A stretch of 64,000 nt of DNA from Vitrella brassicaformis CCMP3155 (lineage: Eukaryota; Protista; Chromerida). Of this stretch, positions 1 through 9,869 are shown piece after piece; positions within the stretch are counted from its first letter, which is position 1; every line of letters begins with the position of its first letter. The notes beneath the pieces were generated by a model that made no database searches, was not told where the DNA came from, and saw only the letters and a list, made by a program, of their open reading frames with translations. The translations under genes were made by a program, and so were the position numbers. Location of the stretch: positions 62,001-126,000 of the forward strand of contig CDMY01000510.1 of the NCBI GenBank assembly GCA_001179505.1. Reading direction: 5' to 3'.

Positions 1-482
1 AGGCAGGAGTGCGCACGAGGACGGATCGGTCTCACCGCCTCCCTCGTCTGTTGCGCGCCCCGCCCGCAGCGAAGGCGCCGCTGACAGAGGGCGGAAGAGC
101 AGCAGAGGCGGCCGAGGGCGGGGCAAGTCCAAGCCAGGCCAAAGGGGCGGGGCGCGGAGAGGGCCCGGCAGGCCGCGTACAAAGAAAGATGACGACGCTG
201 ATGGGTATGAGGCGTTGCGTGGATTTCTTGACTATGAGGGCAACGAGGAGGGCATGCTGGCGAGCTCGGGGTCGGACTCGGGAGGGGAGGGGAGGGCCAG
301 GAGGGGAAAGAAGGCGGGGGCGACCGATCCTGCGAAGGCCGAGGTGAGTCGAGAACCCAACAAGGATGTCACGCGGACACTCTAGGGAGGTGTATGTGTG
401 TGGTCAGGATCCGGTGCGTGTGTTCAAGAAGGCCCGGATGTCTTCCCACTGGAGCACATTTATCGACTCGCTCACAAGATGA
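1..482 (+). CDS. 3' end of a gene running off the window: basic RG/RGR-rich then acidic protein, function unknown
   Basis: Open frame reads ...RGRKSSRGGRGRGKSKPGQRGGARRGPGRPRTKKDDDADGYEALRGFLDYEGNEE...DPAKAE. Donor gtgagt at 344, acceptor cag at 407, last exon DPVRVFKKARMSSHWSTFIDSLTR-TGA (408-482). Confidence 0.55.
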
Positions 483-958
483 CGAGCAGCGGGGATAGGA
501 AGGATGAGTTGGTTGCAGTGCAGTGGGATCATCAGCGGCCGGCCTGTGGTTATCATATCGGGTGTGGTGTTTGGTTGGTGTATTTGTTTCTCGACAGACA
601 CGTGATGATGCATGTATTACTGGATGTGTGGACGTACAACGATGCCTGACGCGGACCACCTGATTGTGTGTACGCTAAGCCTATATTTGTGCAACTCGGT
701 GTGGTGTGGGTCGATGGGATGAGAGTCTCACGCACTCGTTAAGATTTGTCCATCCATCCATCCATCCATTCACCAGGCAGTATGCAAAGTGCCGTGTCTA
801 AATCCGCTGCTGTTGCTACACTCGCTCCTCCTCTCACTCATCCCGATTTCACCTGAGGTTCACAGCACGCAGGGACGTAACGTCTCAACCCATCCTTTCA
901 CCTCCCCTCGGCACTGATCCGCCCACCTGGTTGATGGTGATCTCCTAGGACACCTCAC

Positions 959-3109
959 TCACGCAGTCGTCGCAGCGCCGCCCGTCACGTGCCATATCTC
1001 GATCTCCTTCGCTGTGAATGTGTTGCTCGCTGCCAGCGTGCCGTCGCTGCTGGAGTTGATGGTTCCCAGATATCCTTGCGGCAGGTCGACCTTCTTGACC
1101 CAGTGATGCATGCTGCGCAGATCATCTGCCGGGCCGGGCCTGGCGAAAGCCAACCACAGGTACCCACGGCCCAAATGCAACTGCACACAAGACGGACATG
1201 TGACAACCAGTCAGTTGGTTCAGTGCCATTCATTGCAGTGACAACCGTTGTGTATACCCGCCACCCACCTTGCCACGTGAGTCCACATTGCCGGCCGTGA
1301 TGGATGCGCGCATCCATCCATCACGGCCGGCGACACTGACCCACTGTCTGGCCTCGGGGATGGGCACCTTGGTTGGCCGAGAGTATGCACCGCTGATCGA
1401 AATGAGGCAGAGGGGCAGCTTGTATTCATTGGTCTGTGTGGGGTCGGGCGGCTTGAGTTGGCCCTGGAGGAAGGCGCCGAATCGGTGTGTGTCGTCGTGG
1501 TTGACGAGGAAGAGCAGACCGCTCGCGTCGCCCACCTTGTCCACCATCGTGCCAAAATCGCCACTGTCACGAGTCGAAGTGACAGAGAAGCAGGGAAACA
1601 GAACGACGAGAGATCAGAGTCGTTTCTGCGTACCTGTAAAGGAGCTTGGGTGTGGGATTGGGCACGTCCGTCATGGCCACCACCTCGCGCGTCTCGTCGG
1701 TGTTGAGTATTGGGGAGAGGGGCCGCTGCACGTCCTCCATCTTGAGGCCGAACATCTCAACGTCAACCTGCAACCGCACACACAAAGCACAAGAATACCA
1801 ATGATGAAGCACAAGGCGACGCACATGACCACATGGACCTTGAGCTGGTCCATATCACGGGCTGTGGGGTGCCTGACAACGCTGCCAGGACGGTTCTCAA
1901 ACCGCAGTCTACGGGCAAAATCGACTACCTGAACGGTCACCAAACGACAACAAGCAGGCTCCCTGCCACATGCCCCCTCTCCCCCCTCCGCGTGTGCCCG
2001 TGTCACCCTCATGAAGTGCTCGCACGAGGTCTGGCGGATCGGCTCGTCGCCCTGCACCACCTCGCCACTGCACGCCGCACACACAGAAGAGAACGCACTG
2101 CTGCCGTCCACTCGCAGTCGACATGGTGGGCGAGTTCTGACCTAAATCGTTTGTATAGTGGGTTGCCGGGGCCGAGCTGCGATAGCGTCGCCTCGGTGGT
2201 CGACACCTTCTTGCGCAGGATGGTCACCGTCTTCACCTGGTGCTTGCTGCCGTCCTCTGCACAGATGAAGGGCCGCACCGTCTTGCCGAAGTCCTTCAGC
2301 TGCCCCGCCGCGCCGTCCAGCTCCTTCATCGCCGCGTCATAGCCCTCGATATACCTCCGGATCTTGTCCATCACGCTACCCTCCCCCTCCTTGCCCCCAT
2401 CCTTATCCCCCTCGCCCTCGTCCATCTCGGCGTCCTCTGACGGCACGTCGATATCGAGTGATGTGGTCTTCATGAAGAGTTCGTGCCAAGCGGCGAAGGA
2501 GGGGTCTCTCGCCTGGGTGTCGTCGAGCTGGATGGTCTTCTCCTGACCCTGCGCCTCCTTGCCCTCGGCGATCGAAATCTCGTCAGACAACCTTTTCGAC
2601 ACAGGTACATAATGACACGACATCCCATGCATTTCCCGCTTTCCCCTCCTTCCTTCCACTCACCAGTCTATGTAGAGTGGATCTGCATCGAGGAAGGGCC
2701 GGCCCTCCTCATCGCGCGGCAGGGCATCCACACAATACAGCAGCAGATGGGCCAAGTAGGTGTGCCGCATCTGCTCCAACAACAGCCCCTTGCGCGACAC
2801 GCCCAGCACCCGCCCGCCCACATTCAGCTCCACCTCCCCATCGATGCCGCCCGTCAGCTCCACACGCGCTCCTGTGCTCTCGATGATCTCCTTGATGGAG
2901 TGGGCTTTGCTCTGCAGCTGCTGGCGGGCGGTTCTGGCCGCGTTCTCGATTGCAAGCAGGGCCGCAATGGCTTTGTGCACCGACCTGTCGAGTGATTGGC
3001 GGCCAATACGGGGACAGGGGGGTCGCTGGTCATCGTCATACGGCTCGCCAGCAACAGCCGCAGCAGCAGCAGCAGCACCATCATTCGCTTTGCGCTTCTT
3101 GCCGAGCAT
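959..3109 (-). CDS. BTB/POZ (x2) + TLDc-like domain protein, multi-exon (paralog A)
   Basis: Exon 1 has a KCTD/T1-type BTB motif ELNVGGRVLGVSRK...DALPRDEEGRPFLDADPLYIDW. A second BTB-like segment follows (VTILRKKVSTTEATL...HFMR|VVDFARR), then a C-terminal TLDc-like region (LLYR|...LLFLVNHDDTHRFGAFL...TFTAKEIEIWHV). GT-AG introns join the ORF-track pieces in frame. It is collinear with the paralog at 60984-63109. Confidence 0.8.
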
Positions 3110-3431
3110 TTTGCGATGGATGGCCAATGGGTGAATCAACGGTACATCCTAATCGCCACACACGAAAGGCCTCGCGAGGAAAGTCGTCTCCCCCTCGGAA
3201 TGCGAGCTTGAGAAGTTGAGGGATGCGGATCTGTCCCTTTCCCTTTCGTGGCGCAATGATGTCCTTTGCGGTAGATCTCTGCTGAACATTCTCCCCTCTT
3301 CACCATCCTTCTTCACCTACCGAGTTCAATCACTACGACCACTTGACGTCCGCAGGGCGTCACTCCGGCTCGAGGGACGGTGCACGACAGCCGATGACAC
3401 AGCCAACAGCGCAGCAGCAACGAGAGTGACG

Positions 3432-6400
3432 ATGGCGACCCAAGCCGCCCATCTCGGCGAGCCAGCTTCATCGGCTGATGCTGCTGCTTCGTCTTCATCC
3501 CAGGCTGCGGCTGCCTGCGTCGTTCCAGCCATGCAGAATCCCACAGCGGCCCATCAGCCATCTGCAGCAGCCTCAGTAGCGGCGATGGACATCAACCAGG
3601 AGGGCTACGCTCCTGGTGGCGTGCGGCAGGACAGTGCGGCAGGCGGGGGGCCACCGTGGGGCTTGTGATGGAGGCCCTGCAGCTGGAGGCCCATCGGCTA
3701 CCGCTTCGACGCCCACCATGCCCCATCCACAGTCAATGTCAGCGGCCGCCACATGCCCCTCCCCCTCCCCAGCTCACCCAAATGTCCCTCCCTTCCATCA
3801 AGATGGTCTTCTGGAGCAACTGCGGCAGCTGCTGCAGAAGCGAGGCGACCCCACCAGGACATCGGCATACCATCCGGCCTATCAAGGAGTGCAGTTCTCT
3901 GTGCGCAGCGTCGATGGTGGAAACGGCGCGTATGAGGTGCTCGCAGGGCCCTTCCACGACAGCCAGGGGGAGCTGTTCGCCGCCGAGTGGGGCGTGACTC
4001 GGGACCCGAAGAAGGGCTGGCTGCTGGGCGACCTGACGCAGGTGCTGAAGCGGGTTGAGAAGGGGGGGCCGATAGCAGCGGACGAGCCCTTTGAGGTGAG
4101 GACGAGCCACCAGGGGGCCCGGCGGTATCTCATGATGAAGCCGACTGTAGATGCACCTAACGACAACCCAGCAGGTGAGAGAGAGAGGGAGGGGGAGAAA
4201 AAGGTCAAACAGCTTGTCAGTTCCCATATCTGCCATCTCTGTTGCGTGAGTCGATGCAGGCCCAGTGTCGCCCTCTCCCCCACCCCCACCCCAATCTCTC
4301 GCACACCCAAGCCACGAGGATACCTGTCCAGCCAACCACACAAACCCACAACCGCGTGGCAGCGGTCATTCAGCACGCCACAGGGCCCCCTCACGTGTCG
4401 CCAACAAGAGGGCGATCGACACGCCATCTCCCTCGCCCCCACCGGCCGCTGGTCCATCCAACCATGCCTCCCCGACCGTAGCGGTAGGTGGTCCGGGAGA
4501 CGAGAGGAACACCGTTGGGCAGCTCCTGAGGACGATACGACACAAGCAGGACCCCGGCCACTCGGCGTACTCGGCGGCCTACGAGGGCATGCAGTTTAGC
4601 GCCGAGAAGATGGCGGACGGGCGGCACTTTCTGGTCACCGGCTGGCCATCTGACAGCGATGCCGACCAGCCCCTGTGTGTGCGGGCGGCGGTGTATCGCG
4701 ACTCCAACGGGACGGCCACTGGGTGGGAGCTGTGGCGACTGACGGACATGCTCACGGCGGCGCGGGCGGGATCGGTGGAAACCGACGAGCGTTTCGAGAT
4801 CGTCACTGCTGTGGTGGCTGGCGAGGAGAGGCAAGTGGTGCAGTGGAGGGCTCCGCAGCGTGGGAAGAAGCCAGCGGTGTCGCGGCCTCCCAAACACAAG
4901 AAGCCGGCCAGCCCATGTCGTGACACAGGTGAGTGAGATCAATGACACAGACAGGGCCAATGTATGACTAGCTCCCATCTTGCTTGCTAATATGTCCCCT
5001 TGCAGGCCCTGGCGACCGTCGCAAGCGGCCCCTCTCCCGCGACCCACTCCCTCTCCCCTCCCTCGACAGCAATGGTGATGGACGTGATGGCTCCCTCAAC
5101 CAAAGCCGCCCTCCCAAGCGCCAGCGCGGCCCACACGGCCGCGGCCTCGCCAGTCGGCCTTCGGAGCACCATGGCCCACATCGAGAGCTGACGAGTCTCG
5201 ATGGGTTATGTGGCGACGAGCTGGCTCGGATGTTGATGCGGCGGACGCGGGAGGAGCAGCCGGACGACTTCCTTGCGCCAGACAGAGGAGGGTGAGTATG
5301 ACCAAGTAATTGATGGATGCTCTCATGTTGACAGTGCCATCTGTGTTTGTGTCAGGATTGGCATTTCGTGGCGGACCAACTACACTTACGAGGCCTACTT
5401 CTGGGATAGCGACGCATCGACGACCGTCGGCCTGCGTCAGTTCCCTGTCGGCTATGGCGCCTCCCGAGCGGCCATCTTCACGGCCTTCCGTGAGGCTGTC
5501 GAGTGCCGCAATGCCCTCCACCAGTCCCGTGTGGGCGATCGGGCGATGGCCATCGATCTGTCGTGGCTGCAGCAGGCACAGCAGGGGGAGGGACAGACGG
5601 ACGGCGGGATGCTTGAGGGGCAATTCGGCTGGAGCCCTCCCCCGCAGCGTCGCAAGCGCACCAAGGGGCCCAGTGACGACCCGCCCCTCGACTCCTCTCC
5701 CCCCTCCCGCCCTCCCCCGTCCATTTTTTCTCGCCTCCCGGCCCGCCCCCCCTGGGCGTCGAGAAGGTGGCGCAACAAGGGGCCGGGGTGGCCGGCAGAG
5801 GAACAGCGTCGCTCGGGCGGCACGTCAGTCTGACAGCTGTGACGACCATCATGACGGCAGCAGCTCATCGTCTCCCCAGCCACGACGGAGGCCCAAGGCA
5901 GCCAAGAGGGATGGTGTGTCGGCCCCTGCCGGTGATGTGCCATCGTCCATCTATACTCTCAATCCCGAGTGGGCCGCCGACACAGACAAGAAGACCAGCA
6001 CCAAGACCGTCATCACAAAATCCGGTGAGGAGCGCAAGAAGCGAATTCAAACGCAATCACTGACCTTTGTGTGTCCCACCAACTGCAGAGCATCAGTCGG
6101 ACGTGACGGGGGTACATTGGCATGAGGCGAGTCAGGGCTGGAGGGCATCGTGGCACGAGAGGGGCGACCCGAAGATGAAATGGAAGAACTTCTCCGTCAA
6201 AGACCATGGCTTCGACGGAGCCAAGGTGCGCTAACGCCTCCTATCGTCCCGTCTGTCTCTCTCTGAGTGTCCCACATGTGTGCCTCCGTCCGTCAGGCGT
6301 TGGCCGAGGAGCATCGTCGTGAGCTGGAGCGCACCGGACGGGCGGCGGTCAAGAAGCCATCGGAGAACCAGAGCGGCGTCAAGGGTGTCTACTACGACAA

Positions 6401-6572
6401 GGGCAGCAACTCATGGGTCGCTCAGTGGCGCGAGAGCGGCAAACAGAAGAAGAAGCCCTTCTCTGTGCGTGAGCTGGGCTATGAGGGCGCCAAGCAGGCG
6501 GCGATAGCCCACCGCCGTGCGATGGAGGGAAGGCATTACACATTCAAAGACAAGGCAGTCAAGGAAGACTGA
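3432..6572 (+). CDS. ApiAP2-type transcription factor: two N-terminal copies of an unknown domain, one divergent AP2-like and two canonical AP2 domains; the model needs two +1 frameshift corrections
   Basis: C-terminal AP2 domains: QSDVTGVHWHEASQGWRASW...KNFSVKDHGFDGAK|ALAEEHRR and QSGVKGVYYDKGSNSWVAQW...KPFSVRELGYEGAKQAAIAHRR. Divergent copy: G|IGISWRTNYTYEAYFW...QFPVGYG...AFREAVECRNAL (from ~5356). Introns 4175-4259, 4929-5005, 5292-5355 and two more near 6025-6295 keep frame. Frame switches occur near the G6 run at ~3645-3650 and the C7 run at ~5746-5752. Confidence 0.8.
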
Positions 6573-6863
6573 TCAGTGAGAGAGGCACACCTAGGTCGGA
6601 AGAGAGCTGTCCCTACTTATCCAGTGCGACTAGCCAAGGGTTGGGGGGCGTTTTTGGGCTGTGGGGCCGGAAGCGTCATGGTCTGTCTGTTTGCTGATGC
6701 ACTTGACTCACTAGTAGAGTGCAGGTCGAATTTTGACTTGGGAGACGTTCACTTTGTGCCAACCGGTCAACTATACGCAGCCCTTCACGTGCTTATCCGG
6801 GTCGCTGCACATTGACCCACGCAGTCTACAGCGTTGCGTCCATCCATCCATCGATCCACAGTC

Positions 6864-8532
6864 CTACCCTACTTTGGTCATCTGCAGTCTGTATCGTCCC
6901 CGTGACGTGCGCGAGATGTCATGAATCTCCAGCCGCCCCTTGCCCCTCACTGTGATGACGTCCCCCGCCTTGACCTCCTTGCTCGATGAACGCACCTCCT
7001 TCCAATTCACATACACCACCCCCTCCTAAATACACTCACACACACACAACCATATGGCATAACAGCATGAACACATCGCATCCATCAACCCTCCGGCATG
7101 GGCGGGGTGGACGGATGATTGGATTGACTAACCTGTTCGATCATCTTGGCCATCTTGGACCGGCTGATTCGCATGCCGCCGCTGGCCACTGCATCGAGGC
7201 GCAGCGACGCCTCAACAGACGACACCTCTTTCCTCTTGGCCTCGCCCGCCCGCAGCTCGTCAAAGGGGATCGGCTCAACGTACACATTGACCGTCCGAAC
7301 ACTAAACCAGAGACACAATCCCCACACACAATGAGGGATGCTCCTGCCTGCGGTGTTTGGCGCATGTCATGTGAACCTGGTGAGCTCCGCTTTGACGACC
7401 TCCGCCACGTCTGATTCGACGATGACCTGGGCGCCGCGCTGGCCGAGCACGAGAACGTCACCCACTCGATCTCGCTCGACGCCACTGCCAAGAATCGCAC
7501 CCAGGAAGTCGCGATGATCAGCCGGGTCGAAGAGGAAGTTTCCCTCAATAGCCAACGCCTGCATGAAGACGGGAGGCGTGTTCTTGCCAGCTGCTGCCGT
7601 TGCTTACGGTGAAGGCATCTTCGTACTCCTCTCTCCAGGCCTGATCTTCCATGACCATCTCGCTGCTGCATATAGACAAGAGAACACAGACATGTGCGAT
7701 GGTAATCGGGTAGATGCGCCATTTCTTGCCGGCCGGTGGGCTACTTGTGGAAGAAGACGCGTTGCCTCTCGGCGCCTGGGAAGCCGCCCCAGCTGTGCAA
7801 GGTGACAGCGGCGATCTTGTCAAAGGCCTCTCGGAGCACATCGACAGCCAATGGAGGAAGGAAATGAGTGCTGGTCACTCGCCACTGCCTGACACACGGA
7901 CACACACACAGGCAGACAATACGCTATGCTGCCTGTCCTTGCGCGTGTGTGGTGTTGAAACCGTACCGTGAGGCCTGTTCAGCAGCATCGAGTGCCTGCC
8001 GTGCAGGCATCGCCTCCATCCCCTTTATCTCCAGCGTCTTGAGCAGCTTGTCCCTATTACCGATGTCGCCCCTCACACGCCCCCCTGCCCTCCCTCCCCC
8101 GGCCCCTGCCGACCTCTCCTTCTTGCCGCCCTTGCCTCCCTCTGCTGCAGCAGTGCCGTCGAGCTTGGCGAGCAACTCGTCAATGTCCACATCTCTGATG
8201 CTTTTGACCTCAGTTTGTGGAAGCGCATCGACATAGGGGTTCTCGTCCGTGTAGCCCGTTTCTCCGGTGAGTTCGTCATTCAGATCAAAGCTGGCGACGT
8301 CGAAAGATGGACGGCGCTTGCGAGCGGCCCTCGCAGTGCAAGATGCTCTCCCTCTGCAACGTGCTCCAGGGAGGTTGGAGAAGCAGGGAGGAGGATGGTT
8401 GCCGAGGGGATGTGCACTTGAGCGACAGATCCGCCTCCGCTTTGTGAGTGGCAGTACATCAAGCGAGCCGCTGCTGTCTTGAATGGCCGTCACCATGAAC
8501 AGATAACTCATCAGCCCCATCAGTCCATGCAT
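6864..8532 (-). CDS. ylmH: Photosystem II S4-domain protein (YlmH/Sll1252 family), predicted plastid-targeted
   Basis: Family motifs across exons: THFLPPL...SWGGFPGAERQRV; AIEGNFLFDPADHRDFLGAILGSGVERDRVGDVLV; SSVEASLRLDAVASGGMRISRSKM; S4 domain VYVNWKEVRSSSKEVKAGDVITVRGKGRLEI. The long N-terminal extension starts with a hydrophobic signal-like stretch (MHGLMGLMSYLFMVTA). Confidence 0.9.
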
Positions 8533-8649
8533 CAGACTTCGATTTGACGTGCAAGCTTAAAGGCGAGCTCGAGGAAGGACGAGAGCTGGTCGGTTCCGAG
8601 CCGTAGTAGAAGCACTTTGAAGCGCTCTGACACAACGAACGCCTCAGGG

Positions 8650-9419
8650 ATGGGAGTTCTCGGTATGCTGCTGTGCACAAACACACATGTGGTGGCCTGA
8701 CTCAAGGCCTGACTCACATCTGGCATTGCTGCAGTGTGATTTGATTTCCAGCCACAGGCCGCTCCGCTACCGCCAAGGATCTGGCCACCAGCAAGGTGAT
8801 GACCTTCGTTCCCAACGTGCAGCCGAGTGTGCAGAGCCTCCAAGTGCAGCAGCAGATCCTGCAGCATGAGCTTGAGGCGCTGCAACAGGACTTGTCGCAG
8901 CTCCAGAAAGCAGAAAAGACCTTCACTGCCTACAGGGTGAGGCAGGGCAGCCAGTGAATGGCAGTCAGATCAGAAGGACGAGATGGAAACAGGCATGGTG
9001 ATGATGTGATGTGGTGTGTTGCGCGTTCGTTGTGTGCTGTGGTTGTTGCTTGCCCCGGCCGCCTGCAGAGCAAGATGGAGTGGCGTGTGAGGGGCGGGCG
9101 GCTGTTCTGGTGCCTCCTCCTGCTGCAGCTGCCCCTCGCACTGCTGCTGCATTTCACCACGGACCAGTGCAACGGCGAGGGCTTCCTCTCCTTCTCCCTC
9201 TGCGGCCTCCTCTGGTGGGTGCACTCCTGGAACCTCGGCGGAGTATTGTATCTACTCATGCACCGAGTGGCGCCTTACTTCGCCGATGACATCGGTAACG
9301 CGCCCCATATGGACGCGATCGCGGAGGAGCTGCAGGTTAGCCTCGACAGCCTGACCCAGAAGCTGGCGGACGCACACCAGCTGCTGGCGCAAGTGACCGC
9401 CGTGCTCGAGGGGCTGTAG
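8650..9419 (+). CDS. Small coiled-coil / two-TM membrane protein of unknown function
   Basis: MGVL|GRSATAKDL...QQQILQHELEALQQDLSQLQKAEKTFTAYR|SKMEWRVRGGRLFWCLLLLQLPLALLLHF...LCGLLWWVHSWNLGGVLYLLMH...EELQVSLDSLTQKLADAHQLL. Two GT-AG introns restore a continuous frame. Confidence 0.6.
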
Positions 9420-9869
9420 CCATACATAAATACGTTCTTTATCTACTCATGTGTAAGTAAGAGGCGTCTGTTTGTTGTTTCCGCCGCCTTCTGTCCCTCT
9501 GTGTTTCGCTTCTAATTTTCCTGGCTGCGTGCCAGCGGTTTTGCTTTACACTATATCATATCTATTTGTAGTGATGGATACCTGGCTATGGTGCAGTGTG
9601 TGTGTGTGTGTGTGTGGACGGCTGTGTACTGACTGAGTTGCTGGCGGGACTCATCGATGCCACGCCATGTGCGTGGCGAGAGACCGAACCGAATCAATCG
9701 GTGGACAAAGGTGCGGATGAAATGCGTCACTTACATGCGTGTACAGAGTCGAGTCCCAAGCTCTTACTCCCGCGCATCAAACCACCCGATGCACAAATCT
9801 CCATGGCACACACACATACATAGTCACACACTCTCTACTGTCTATCCATCCATCCATCCATGCACTCGT

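Noticed and set aside
6013-6207. Minus-strand ORF MVFDGEVLPFHLRV overlapping the AP2 gene
   Set aside because: It is the antisense shadow of the plus-strand AP2 exon, which carries the conserved domain.
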